NCBI GenBank assembly: GCA_963796055.1
Contig: CAWCKH010000004.1
Span: 96,001-160,000, forward strand
Source of the DNA: an uncultured delta proteobacterium
GTDB taxonomy: Bacteria; Myxococcota; Myxococcia; Myxococcales; Myxococcaceae
DNA length: 64,000 bases
Reading direction: 5' to 3'
Made by a program: the position numbers and the translations under genes. The notes beneath the pieces were generated by a model, which did not search any database, had not been told where the DNA came from, and saw nothing but the letters and a program-made list of their open reading frames with translations. This document shows, in pieces, positions 20,141-29,209 of this stretch; position 1 is the first letter of the stretch, and every line of letters starts with the position of its first letter.

Positions 20141-20953
20141 TCATCGCTGCGCAGCAGGAAGGGTCCGGAACTCGTGCGTGGAGACGGGCAGGCGCCGCCC
20201 GCTCCGGGCCTCACCCTCGAGCAGGAGGGTGTACCGGCCCGGGGGCAGCAGCGCGCCGTCGACGACCAGGAGGAGCGCCTCCCGCGTGGCAGGCATGAGC
20301 GCGTCCTCGAGGATGGTGGTGCCCTGCTGCGAGCGGACCGTCACCCGGTACCGCTCGAAGCGCGCCGGCAGCTCCCGCTCGATCCACAGCGCGACGGGCT
20401 GTCCGGGCGAAGGGAGGGTCAGGGTCGGCAGCTGGGCGCCCCGGGTGGTCAGCAGCGCGAGCACGGGCACCGGTGTCCCTCCGCTCGACCTCGGAGCCCC
20501 GACACCGGTCTTTGGCGCCCGCGTGGGGGCCTGTTCCAGCTGCGAGCGGGCGCGGGCGAGCTCCGCCTCGGTGCGGGCGAGCGCGTCCGTCTTCTCCGCC
20601 AGCCTCTGCTCCACCTTCCGGATGCGCAGGGAACTCGCCCAGAGCAGCCCGGCAAACGCCGCGGTCGCGGCCAGTCCCACCGCCAGGCGCATGCGGGTGG
20701 CCCTGCGAGGCGGCGCCCGTCGCTGCGCGCGGCGCGCCTCGGCGGCGGGCGTTCGCTGCTCGAGGGTCAAGAAGCCGTCCCGCATCCTCTCGGCGGACTC
20801 GACCCGGTCGAGGCACTCGGAGCAGCCCACCAGGTGAGCCTCGAACGACGGGCGCCGCTCCGCGGAGAGCTGTCCGGTGGCGTACTCCTCGGGCACACTC
20901 GTCTCGTGCCACTCCGACCCCTGTCCGCGACCGGCGTCCATCTCCCCAGTCAT
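20141..20953 (-). CDS. zf-HC2 zinc-finger anti-sigma factor with TM helix
   Basis: FEAHLVGCSEC (HxxxCxxC), TM LAVGLAATAAFAGLLWA, coiled coil, extracytoplasmic domain with PGRYTL. Confidence 0.85.
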   Translation of the reverse strand: MTGEMDAGRGQGSEWHETSVPEEYATGQLSAERRPSFEAHLVGCSECLDRVESAERMRDGFLTLEQRTPAAEARRAQRRAPPRRATRMRLAVGLAATAAFAGLLWASSLRIRKVEQRLAEKTDALARTEAELARARSQLEQAPTRAPKTGVGAPRSSGGTPVPVLALLTTRGAQLPTLTLPSPGQPVALWIERELPARFERYRVTVRSQQGTTILEDALMPATREALLLVVDGALLPPGRYTLLLEGEARSGRRLPVSTHEFRTLPAAQR

Positions 20954-21537
20954 GTGTGAGAACCCCCCGAATTATCGCTCCGCTCCCAGAGTGCCCGGAA
21001 CCGCTCGCGGGCGCGGTGGACGATGCGATTGAACTGGAGCCGATCGACCCCCAGCTCGGCGCAGAGCAGGTCCTTGTCCTCCTGGCCCAGGTAGAAACGC
21101 CGTAGCACTGCTCGGTCCCGCTCGGTGGGGAGCGCCTCGAGGACCTTCTCCACCCGCCGCGCGTCCTCCTCTCGCTCCAGCCGCTCGGTGGGGGATGGAT
21201 CCGGGGACTCCAGCCGGTCCAGTCCCGCGTCGTCCTCGGGCACCGAGCGGCGCGCCTTCCGGAAGTGCTCGATGGCCAGGTTGCGGGCGAGCCCCGCGAG
21301 AAACCCCCCGAGCTGCGAGGCATCCCGGAGCGCACCCGCGCGGATTCGCTCCAGCCCGATCCGGAAGGTCTCCTGGTGCAGGTCCTCCACCAGCGCCGCG
21401 TCACGCGCGATGTGCCGGAGGATGACCCGGATGCCGCGGCTGAAGGTGTGGACCAGCTCGGCCTCGGCAGAGCGGTCTCCGTCGCGGATGCGCTGGGCGA
21501 AGGTCGCGGCGGCTGCGGCAAGGTCCGTCACCTGCAT
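20950..21537 (-). CDS. ECF sigma-70 factor
   Basis: IRDGDRSAEAELV, EDLHQETF, ARNLAIEHFRK (region 2), HRARERFR (region 4); overlaps the anti-sigma start. Confidence 0.92.
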   Translation of the reverse strand: MQVTDLAAAAATFAQRIRDGDRSAEAELVHTFSRGIRVILRHIARDAALVEDLHQETFRIGLERIRAGALRDASQLGGFLAGLARNLAIEHFRKARRSVPEDDAGLDRLESPDPSPTERLEREEDARRVEKVLEALPTERDRAVLRRFYLGQEDKDLLCAELGVDRLQFNRIVHRARERFRALWERSDNSGGSHT

Positions 21538-21655
21538 CCGATGCTGCCACGATCTGGAGATCCTGAAGTAGCCGCCCGCTCCCGACCGGGGCGGTGCGAC
21601 TTCCAGCCCGGCCCCGACACAGGACCTGGTGATTCACCCAACCCAGGAGCCGCCC

Positions 21656-21892
21656 ATGACTACCGCCGCCCGGAAGCACACGTTCCTCTTCCTCGTCGTC
21701 TTGTCTGCCCTGGCGGTGCTCTCGTCCGCCGGGAGTCGACAGGTCACCGCCCACGCCGCGGTCACCCCGGCCGTCGAGGGCAACCCGGACGGAGCCACGG
21801 CCGAGCGGCAGACGTTCCACATCGCGAGCGGGGACCAGGACGTCGGGCCGGGCGATGCCGAGCCCGCCCTCGCCCGGCACAGCTTCCAGTGA
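21656..21892 (+). CDS. Small secreted protein (78 aa; alternative GTG start 21629)
   Basis: AGGAG RBS; signal peptide RKHTFLFLVVLSALAVLSSAG; divergent from the ECF sigma. Confidence 0.65.
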   Translation: MTTAARKHTFLFLVVLSALAVLSSAGSRQVTAHAAVTPAVEGNPDGATAERQTFHIASGDQDVGPGDAEPALARHSFQ

Positions 21893-22092
21893 ACGTGCGT
21901 GGGATGGCCAGGAAGTACCCGCTGCTCAGGGTCATCGTGCTCAACGTCCTCGCGGTGCTGACCTACGACACCGTCCGGCAGCCCTCGGCCCGCGCGGCCC
22001 TGCTCAGGGCGGCGCGCACGATGACCGCGGTCCAGTCCTCGGCCGGCGCCACGCGGGCGAGCGCGGGCGAGCTGCCGCTGGTGTCCCGGTGA
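21889..22092 (+). CDS. Small membrane/secreted protein (alternative ATG 21904)
   Basis: GTGA overlap with the previous stop; MARKYPLLRVIVLNVLAVLTY hydrophobic segment. Confidence 0.55.
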   Translation: MNVRGMARKYPLLRVIVLNVLAVLTYDTVRQPSARAALLRAARTMTAVQSSAGATRASAGELPLVSR

Positions 22093-22105
22093 GTGGTCGG
22101 ACAGG

Positions 22106-22867
22106 TCAGCGCCGCAGGAACAGCCCCACGGCGCTGATCAGGGCCACCACGGCGAAGATTCCCCGAAGCGCCCGCTCGGGCAGCCGGTGGGCGAGGGCCA
22201 CCCCGAGCGGCATCGTGGCCACCCCGCCCACCGCGAGGGCCAGCCCCCGGACCCAGTCGATGTTGCCCGCCCGCCCGTAGACGACGAGGTTCACCACCGT
22301 CCCCGGCGCCACCAGCGCAAGCCCCATGCCCTGGGCCGTTGCCTGTCCCATGGCGTGCAGGGTGGTCATGAGCGGCACGGTGAGGAGCGAACCGCCGACC
22401 CCGAACACGCCGGAGACGAACCCGCCGACCAGCCCGAAGACGACGGCGATCCGGGGCGGGAGCCGGGCATCGGGGTCAACGCGGATTTCCGCCGAGCGGC
22501 TCCGGAGCCCGTAGAAGAGCGCGAGCGAGAGGAGGAACGCCGCGAACCCGACCCGGAGCGCGCTGGACGGGGCAACGGTCGCCAGCCGCGCGCCGACGTA
22601 GGTGGAGAACGGAGCGAGGAGCGCGAGCAGCTGCGCCCCGCGCGGGTCGAAGCCGCGGTGGCGGGCATAGCGCCAGAGCCCGACGAGGACGTTCGGGACC
22701 ACCATCACCAGCGCGGTGCCCTGCGCGCGCTGCTGGTTGAGACCGAAGAACACGCCGAGCAGCGGGATGATGAACAGCCCGCCGCCGATGCCCACGATGC
22801 CGCTGAGGACGCCGATGCCGGCGCCGAGCACCACATCCAGGGCGACCTCCGCCGGGGCGATGACCAT
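22106..22867 (-). CDS. Sulfite exporter TauE/SafE family membrane protein
   Basis: Two repeats of SG..GIGGG...P and AQG..L; about 8 TM helices. Confidence 0.9.
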   Translation of the reverse strand: MVIAPAEVALDVVLGAGIGVLSGIVGIGGGLFIIPLLGVFFGLNQQRAQGTALVMVVPNVLVGLWRYARHRGFDPRGAQLLALLAPFSTYVGARLATVAPSSALRVGFAAFLLSLALFYGLRSRSAEIRVDPDARLPPRIAVVFGLVGGFVSGVFGVGGSLLTVPLMTTLHAMGQATAQGMGLALVAPGTVVNLVVYGRAGNIDWVRGLALAVGGVATMPLGVALAHRLPERALRGIFAVVALISAVGLFLRR

Positions 22868-22887
22868 CCAGAGCCTCGACCGGTGCC

Positions 22888-23331
22888 CTACCCTGCCGAG
22901 CCGCGGTGCCAGGTGCCGGTGCGGCCGCCGGCCTTGTGCTCCAGCTGCAGCGACTCGACGACCATCCCCCGGTCGACGCTCTTCACCATGTCGTAGATGG
23001 TCAGCGCCGCAGTCGCCGCCGCGGTGAGCGCCTCCATCTCCACGCCCGTGCGGTCGAGCGTCTTCACCTCGGCCCGGACCTGCGCACCGTTGTCGTCGAG
23101 CGTGACCTCCACCGTGACTCCGGTCAGGGCGATGGGATGGCAGAGGGGAATGAGGTCCGGGGTGCGCTTGGTGGCCATCACCCCGGCGAGGCGCGCGGCG
23201 GCGAGCACGTCGCCCTTCTCCACCCGGCCCTCGCGGATGCGGGCCACCGTCGCCGGCTGCATCCGGAGCCGGGCGGTGGCCACGGCGACCCGTTCGGTGC
23301 GCTCCTTGCCGCCGACGTCGACCATCTTCAT
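22888..23331 (-). CDS. moaC: Cyclic pyranopterin monophosphate synthase
   Basis: [36 protein letters not shown]. Confidence 0.97.
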   Translation of the reverse strand: MKMVDVGGKERTERVAVATARLRMQPATVARIREGRVEKGDVLAAARLAGVMATKRTPDLIPLCHPIALTGVTVEVTLDDNGAQVRAEVKTLDRTGVEMEALTAAATAALTIYDMVKSVDRGMVVESLQLEHKAGGRTGTWHRGSAG

Positions 23332-24521
23332 GGCCGGCCCACCGCCTGGAGGAGGTCGTCAGCGATGTCGTCCGGATCCTCGAGACCGACCGAGACCCGG
23401 ATCAGGTTCTCGCCGATGCCTGCCGCGGCGCGCTCCTCCCCAGTGAGTCGCCGGGCGCTGGCGCTCGCCGCGTGCATCACCAGGGTGGTCACGTCCCCGA
23501 GCGACGGCGCCGGACGGCAGAGCTTCAGCGCCTCGAGGAAGCGGAAGCACTCGGCCCGGCCCGCGCCGGCAATCTCGAACGCCACCATCCCCCCGAAGCC
23601 GCCCTGGAGGAGCGTCCGGGCGGTCGGGTGGTCGGGATGGTCCGGCAGCCCGGGATAGAGCACCCGGTCGATGCCCCGGTGCTCCCGGAGGCGCCGCGCC
23701 ACGTGGAGCGCGTGCGCGCAGTGCGCGGCCATCCGGACCGGGAGCGTGCGGAGCCCGCGGAGGGTGAGCCAGGACTCGAAGGGCCCGAGCAGAGCTCCCT
23801 CGAGCACCCGCGCACCCCGGAGCGGCTCGATGCGCGTCCGCGTGCCGGAGACGACGCCGCCGGTCGCATCCGAGTGGCCGTTGATCCACTTGGTGGTCGA
23901 GTGCAGCGCGTAGTCCGCGCCCTGGGCAAGTGTCCGCTGCAGCACCGGGGAGGTGAAGGTCCCGTCCACCACCAGCACCGCGCCGGCTGCGTGCGCCGCC
24001 CGGGCGATGGCCGGCAGGTCGGGCACGGCGAGCAGAGGGTTGGTCATGCTCTCCACCAGGACCAGCTTCGGACGGATCGCGGCGATGCGCTCGACGGCCG
24101 CCGCATCGCTGAGGCGGAGCGGGTGCAACTCGACCTTCTGCTGCTCGGCCAGCCGCTTGAAGAGCGCCCGGGTCGCGCCGTAGCCGTCCACCGGCAGCAC
24201 CACCCGGTCACCCGGGGCGAGGCCCTGCGCGTCGAACACCGCCCGGAGCGCCGCCATCCCGCTGCCGAACACCGCCGCCGCCTCGGCGCCCTCGAGCGCG
24301 GCAACCGCGTCCTCGAGCAGCACCGAGTTCTCGCCCCGGATGCGGGTGTAGACGAAGTCCTTGCCGTCCAGCGCCGCGTCGAGCTCGTCGGCCGAGTCGA
24401 ACCAGCTCACCGCCGCGGTATGGACTGCGGGGGTGATGGGGACGGCGCTGCTCTCCGGCAGCCGGCTCCCGGCGTGGATGGCCAGGGTCGCCACGGTGGC
24501 CGGTTTCCGGTCCGAGCTCAC
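23328..24521 (-). CDS. Cys/Met metabolism PLP-dependent enzyme (methionine gamma-lyase / cystathionine gamma-synthase family)
   Basis: [24 protein letters not shown] (PLP Lys), [21 protein letters not shown]. Confidence 0.92.
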   Translation of the reverse strand: MSSDRKPATVATLAIHAGSRLPESSAVPITPAVHTAAVSWFDSADELDAALDGKDFVYTRIRGENSVLLEDAVAALEGAEAAAVFGSGMAALRAVFDAQGLAPGDRVVLPVDGYGATRALFKRLAEQQKVELHPLRLSDAAAVERIAAIRPKLVLVESMTNPLLAVPDLPAIARAAHAAGAVLVVDGTFTSPVLQRTLAQGADYALHSTTKWINGHSDATGGVVSGTRTRIEPLRGARVLEGALLGPFESWLTLRGLRTLPVRMAAHCAHALHVARRLREHRGIDRVLYPGLPDHPDHPTARTLLQGGFGGMVAFEIAGAGRAECFRFLEALKLCRPAPSLGDVTTLVMHAASASARRLTGEERAAAGIGENLIRVSVGLEDPDDIADDLLQAVGRP

Positions 24522-25480
24522 TCCCCGTGCTCCACCAGGAAGCGCTCGGCCTCGATGGCCGCCATGCAGCCCGTGCCGGCGGCGGTGACCGCCTGGCGGT
24601 AGAACGCGTCCTGCACGTCACCGCAGGCGAAGACGCCGTCCAGGCTGGTGCGGGTGCTGCCGGGGACGGTCTTGACGTAGCCGACGTCGTCGGTCTCCAG
24701 CCAATCGTCGAACAGCTGGGTGGTCGGCTTGTGACCGATGGCCACGAAGACGCCGCCGCCGCTCAAGGACATCACCTCGCCGGTCTTGACGTTCCGCACC
24801 CGGACGCCGGTGACCCGCTTGCCGTCACCGAGCACTTCCTCGACCACCGTGTTCCACACCACCGAGATCTTCGGATTGGAGAGCACCCGGTGCTGCATGA
24901 TCTTCGAGGCCCGGAACTGATCGCGCCGGTGGAGCAGGGTCACCTTGTTGACGATCTTCGCCAGGTAGGTGGCCTCCTCCATCGCGGTGTCGCCGCCGCC
25001 GACCACGAACACCTCCTCGCCCTTGAAGAAGGCCCCGTCGCAGGTGGCGCAGGCCGAGACCCCTCGGTTGGCGTACTCGGTCTCGCCGGGCACGCACAGC
25101 CACTTGGCCGAGGCGCCGGTGGCGATGATCACCGTCCTGGTCTTCACCGCGCGTCCGCTCTCGTCCCACAGCGTGAAGGGGCGGGCCGAGAGGTCCACCT
25201 TCATCACGTTCTCCAGGTGAATGACCGTCCCGAACCGCTCCGCCTGGGCCTTGAACCGCTCCATGAGCTCCGGGCCGGTGATGGCCTCGGGGAAGCCCGG
25301 GTAGTTCTCGACATCGGTGGTGATCATCAGCTGGCCGCCTGGCACCCGGGCCGGGTCATCCAGAGCCGGTCCTCCGGCGTAGAGGACGGGCCGGAGGTTC
25401 GCCCGGGCGGCGTAGATCGCGGCGGTGTAGCCCGCTGGCCCGGAGCCAACGATGGTGACGGAATGCACGGTGTCGGCCAT
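24518..25480 (-). CDS. trxB: Thioredoxin reductase
   Basis: GSGPAGYTAAIY, VENYPGF, CATCDG, GGGDTAMEEA, FACGDVQD..YRQA. Confidence 0.96.
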   Translation of the reverse strand: MADTVHSVTIVGSGPAGYTAAIYAARANLRPVLYAGGPALDDPARVPGGQLMITTDVENYPGFPEAITGPELMERFKAQAERFGTVIHLENVMKVDLSARPFTLWDESGRAVKTRTVIIATGASAKWLCVPGETEYANRGVSACATCDGAFFKGEEVFVVGGGDTAMEEATYLAKIVNKVTLLHRRDQFRASKIMQHRVLSNPKISVVWNTVVEEVLGDGKRVTGVRVRNVKTGEVMSLSGGGVFVAIGHKPTTQLFDDWLETDDVGYVKTVPGSTRTSLDGVFACGDVQDAFYRQAVTAAGTGCMAAIEAERFLVEHGE

Positions 25481-25515
25481 GGCGGAAAGAGTGCTACGAG
25501 GGTGGCACGAATGCC

Positions 25516-25977
25516 ATGAATCTCGACCTGCTCGGGCGGGTGCCACTGTTCGAAGGCTTGAGCCAGGCCCAGCTCAAGAAGCTCGCCGGTGTCTGCGAGA
25601 CGGAGCGGGTCCCCCGCGGCAAGTACGTGTTCCGGGAGGGCGAGCCCGGCGCATCGATGTACGTCATCGTCGAGGGGAGGGTCCGGATCTCCCGGCAGCT
25701 GCCAGGGATGGGGGAGGAGGCGCTGGCGATCCTCGATCCCGGTGCCGCCTTCGGGGAGATGGCGGTGGTGGAGGAGGGCGTGCGGTCGGCGGACGCGATC
25801 GCCCACGAGGGGGAAGCGGTCCTGCTGCGGATCGGCCGGGACCCGCTGGACCAGCTGCTGTTCACCGACAAGGAGCTGGCGTACTCGGTGCTCTGGGCGC
25901 TGGTGCGGACGCTGTCCGGCAGGCTCCGCGACACCAACGAGAAGATGAAGGCGCTCTTCGCGATGTCCAAGTTCTAG
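25516..25977 (+). CDS. Cyclic nucleotide-binding domain protein (stand-alone, no HTH)
   Basis: FREGEPG.SMYVI.EG.V, FGEMA...RSADA. Confidence 0.9.
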   Translation: MNLDLLGRVPLFEGLSQAQLKKLAGVCETERVPRGKYVFREGEPGASMYVIVEGRVRISRQLPGMGEEALAILDPGAAFGEMAVVEEGVRSADAIAHEGEAVLLRIGRDPLDQLLFTDKELAYSVLWALVRTLSGRLRDTNEKMKALFAMSKF

Positions 25978-26035
25978 GACCTGGACGGCCGCCGCTGCGG
26001 ACGGGGTGCTGAACCGGCGTTCAAGAGCACGCCGC

Positions 26036-26051
26036 AGGCACGTGACTTGCT
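26036..26051 (+). promoter_or_regulatory. Sigma-54 (-24/-12) promoter upstream of radC
   Basis: AGGCACGTGACTTGCT, exact GG-N10-GC spacing, 15 nt before the radC GTG. Confidence 0.65.
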
Positions 26052-26066
26052 CTGCTGCGCAGGGCC

Positions 26067-26792
26067 GTGGAGCGGGGATTTGCCGAGACAGAGGACGGAC
26101 GACTTCGAGACTCGCGCGAGCGGCTGCTGGAGGCGCCGGACTCCCTGGACGACGCCGAGCTCCTCGGACTGCTCTTCGGCGGCCGGAGCCGGACGGTGCG
26201 CGGGCTCGGCGAGTCGCTGCTCGCGGCCGCGGGCGGGCTCCGGGCGCTGGCGAGCATGGAGCCGACCGAGCTGTGCACCGCCGCCGGCCTGGGTCGGGAG
26301 CGCGCCGCCCAGGTGCTGGCCGCGCTCGAGCTCGCCCGGCGCGCGCACCTCGCCCCGGACGGACGGCCCCGGCTGCGCACCGCCGGCGAGGTGTACCGCT
26401 ACCTGGCGCCTCGCATCGCCCTGCTCCGGCACGAGGTCTTCCACGTCCTGTCGTTCAACACCCGGAACGTGCTGCTCGCGGATGCGCGGGTGGCGCAGGG
26501 GACGACGGACGCCTGCACCGTGGATCCGCGGGAGGTCTTCCGGGCCGCGCTCGCCGCCCGGGCCACCGCGGTCATCTTCGCCCACAACCACCCCTCGGGA
26601 GACCCGGAGCCGTCCGAGTCAGACTTGATGTTGACCCGCGAGCTGCAGGCCGGCGCCAGAATTTTCCACCTCCGCGTCCTGGACCACGTGGTGGTCGGAG
26701 CCGGGCGGTACGTCTCGCTGGCCCGGGCCGGGCTCCTCCAGGTGCTCCCTCCGGGCTCGGCGGAGGCGTTGACGGCGGGAGGCAAACGGTGA
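26067..26792 (+). CDS. radC: RadC family protein (HhH plus JAB domain)
   Basis: RERL....L.DAELL, GLG...A....AALEL, VDPREVF, AHNHPSGDPEPSESD, LDHVVV. Confidence 0.93.
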   Translation: MERGFAETEDGRLRDSRERLLEAPDSLDDAELLGLLFGGRSRTVRGLGESLLAAAGGLRALASMEPTELCTAAGLGRERAAQVLAALELARRAHLAPDGRPRLRTAGEVYRYLAPRIALLRHEVFHVLSFNTRNVLLADARVAQGTTDACTVDPREVFRAALAARATAVIFAHNHPSGDPEPSESDLMLTRELQAGARIFHLRVLDHVVVGAGRYVSLARAGLLQVLPPGSAEALTAGGKR

Positions 26793-26794
26793 AG

Positions 26795-28822
26795 ATGCGG
26801 AGCATGACGGAGCCGCTCCGGTTCCACGACGACGCGCGCGCGGAGCTCGAGCAGAGTTTCGGTCTCACCGCCTTCCGGCCGGGCCAGGTCGAGGTGGTGG
26901 ATTCGGTCCTCGCCGGTCGCAACGTGGTGGTGGTGATGCCCACCGGTGCCGGGAAGAGCCTCTGCTACCAGCTGCCGGCGGTGATGCTGAAGGGGCTGAC
27001 CCTGGTGGTCTCTCCGCTCATCGCCCTGATGAAGGACCAGGTGGAGCAGCTCGAGGCGCGTGGGATCCCCGCGACGCTGATCAACTCCACCGTCCCCGAG
27101 CTCGAGCGGGCCGAGCGCATCCGCCGGATGCGCGCCGGGGCGTACCGGCTGGTCTACGTGGCCCCGGAGCGATTCCGGAGCCCGAGCTTCCTCGACGCCC
27201 TCGGCGAGGTGGGGGTGGAGCTGCTGGCGGTGGATGAGGCCCACTGCATCAGCCAGTGGGGGCACGACTTCCGGCCGGACTACGCGCTGCTGGGGCAGGT
27301 ACGGAAGCGGCTCCGGCCGCCGCGCACCGTGGCGCTGACCGCGACCGCCAGCCCCGAGGTGCGGGAGGACATCGTCCGGAGCCTGCTGATGAAGGACCCC
27401 CGGGTGTTCGTCGCCGGGTTCGACCGCCCCAATCTCTTCCTGGAGGTGCTGCGGATCTCGGGGGACGAGGAGCGCCGGGCGGCGTGCGCGCGGGTCATCG
27501 CCGAGGGCGGCAGCGGGATCGTCTACTGCGCCACCCGGAAGCAGGCCGACGCGATGCAGGCCGCCCTCCGGCTCCGCGGGCACGACCCGGTGGTCTACCA
27601 CGCGGGGATGGACGAGGCGGAGCGGCACAAGGCGCAGGACCGCTTCATGGGCGACCCGTCGTCCGTGGCGGTGGCCACCAACGCCTTCGGGATGGGGATC
27701 GACAAGCCGGACATCCGTTTCGTCATCCACGCCAACATCCCGCGCGCAGTGGAGGCCTACTACCAGGAGGTGGGCCGGGCGGGCCGGGACGGGAAGGCGG
27801 CGCACGCGCTGCTCCTCTTCAACCACGCCGACGTCTTCACCCAGGAGCGGCTCATCGAGAGCAACCACCCGTCCGAGGCGGTCATTGCCGACGTGTGGAA
27901 CGTGCTCCAGACGGCGGAGGTCTTCGCCCGGGGGCAGGAGGCGCTGGCCGCCGCGGTGGGGGCGAGCGAGTTCGAGATCTCGGCGGCGCTGCGCATCCTC
28001 GAACGCGAGGGGCTCGTCGAGATGCAGGCACCCGGGGCGGGCGCCCACGCGATCAAGGTTCTGGAGACGAAGGTGGAGCTGCACTCCCGCTCGGCGAGGG
28101 CCTTGCTGGAGACGCTCCTGGCGGATGCCGGTGCGGGCGGGACCCTGTCGGTCCAGCTCCGGGCGCTCTCGACCCGTTCCGGCCTTCAGGACAAGGACCT
28201 GCGCCGGGCGCTGTCGGCGCTGGAGCGGTCGAAGGCGATCTCGGTTCGCAAGCCCTTCGCCGGGCGGGCCATCCGGGCGCTCCGGCGCGTCCCCTTTCAT
28301 GCACTGGACCTCTCGCTGGAGAAGGTACGCCGGCAGGAGCGCCGGGCGCTGCTCCTGCTCCGCCGGATGACCGACTACGCCTACGCGAAGAGCTGCCGGC
28401 GGGCGTTCGTGCTTGACTACTTCGGCGAGGACACGCGTCACCTCGACTGCAACGGCTGCGACGTCTGCACCGGTCAGCGGACGCGGATCGAGCTGCCGCC
28501 GCCGCGGTCGACCACGAAGTCCGGGGGCATCTACAAGTCCAGGGAGCGCGTCGCCGAGGGGCCGATGAACGACCAGGCCGCCGAGGCGCTGCGCCGGTTC
28601 CGCCGCGACCTGTCGCGGGACCTGGACCTGCCGCCGTTCATCCTCTTCACCGACAGGACGTTGCAGGCGCTGGCCACGGCGCTGCCGCTCACCCGGGAGG
28701 ACTTCCTGGCGGTGAAGGGCACCGGAGCCACCAGCTGGGAGCGCTTCGGCCCCAAGGTCGTCGAGATCTGCCGCGGTGCCCTGGAGCAGTCACGGAAGGT
28801 GGAGAGCGGAAGCGCGGGCTGA
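26795..28822 (+). CDS. recQ: RecQ family ATP-dependent DNA helicase with HRDC domain
   Basis: FRPGQ, MPTGAGKSLCYQLP, VDEAHCISQWGHDFRPDY, YYQEVGRAGRDG, CRR....YFGE..C.GCDVC, HRDC (PPFILFTDRTL). Confidence 0.93.
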   Translation: MRSMTEPLRFHDDARAELEQSFGLTAFRPGQVEVVDSVLAGRNVVVVMPTGAGKSLCYQLPAVMLKGLTLVVSPLIALMKDQVEQLEARGIPATLINSTVPELERAERIRRMRAGAYRLVYVAPERFRSPSFLDALGEVGVELLAVDEAHCISQWGHDFRPDYALLGQVRKRLRPPRTVALTATASPEVREDIVRSLLMKDPRVFVAGFDRPNLFLEVLRISGDEERRAACARVIAEGGSGIVYCATRKQADAMQAALRLRGHDPVVYHAGMDEAERHKAQDRFMGDPSSVAVATNAFGMGIDKPDIRFVIHANIPRAVEAYYQEVGRAGRDGKAAHALLLFNHADVFTQERLIESNHPSEAVIADVWNVLQTAEVFARGQEALAAAVGASEFEISAALRILEREGLVEMQAPGAGAHAIKVLETKVELHSRSARALLETLLADAGAGGTLSVQLRALSTRSGLQDKDLRRALSALERSKAISVRKPFAGRAIRALRRVPFHALDLSLEKVRRQERRALLLLRRMTDYAYAKSCRRAFVLDYFGEDTRHLDCNGCDVCTGQRTRIELPPPRSTTKSGGIYKSRERVAEGPMNDQAAEALRRFRRDLSRDLDLPPFILFTDRTLQALATALPLTREDFLAVKGTGATSWERFGPKVVEICRGALEQSRKVESGSAG

Positions 28823-28855
28823 GGAGCCATCCGCTCGCCGAAGCAAAATCCCGGC

Positions 28856-29209
28856 TCACGGTTCCACCGGCCGCCGCCGCCGGACCAGGAGCTCCCGCAC
28901 CAGCAAGGTCGCCGCCGCCAGCGCCAGCGCCAGCACGAACACGAATCCCACCGCGGTGGCGCCAAACACCAGCCGCACCATCGACTCGCCGATGCGTCCG
29001 TCGGTGTAGGCCTCCTTGAGGGGGGCGAGCAGCCCCAGCCGCTCCAGCACCCGCGCGGGAAGCGCATCGAGCGCGTACGACACCCGCAGCACCGCGGTGG
29101 ATGGAGCCTGCACGCGCAGCGCCTCCACCATCACCCCGATGGCCAGGTACAGCGCCGACAGCGCGAGCGCGTTGCCGGCGACGACCTGGAGGAAGCGCCT
29201 CGGGTTCAC
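28856..29209 (-). CDS. Small membrane hypothetical protein (2 TM)
   Basis: Two hydrophobic helices; overlaps the stop of the upstream TPR gene. Confidence 0.7.
   Translation of the reverse strand: MNPRRFLQVVAGNALALSALYLAIGVMVEALRVQAPSTAVLRVSYALDALPARVLERLGLLAPLKEAYTDGRIGESMVRLVFGATAVGFVFVLALALAAATLLVRELLVRRRRPVEP

Noticed and set aside
19866..20144. 93-aa N-terminal extension of the CHAT protein from ATG 20144
   Set aside because: Not excluded (ATGA overlap with the anti-sigma stop), but S/T-rich, reads like the antisense of a hydrophobic ORF and would bury the signal peptide; TTG 19865 preferred
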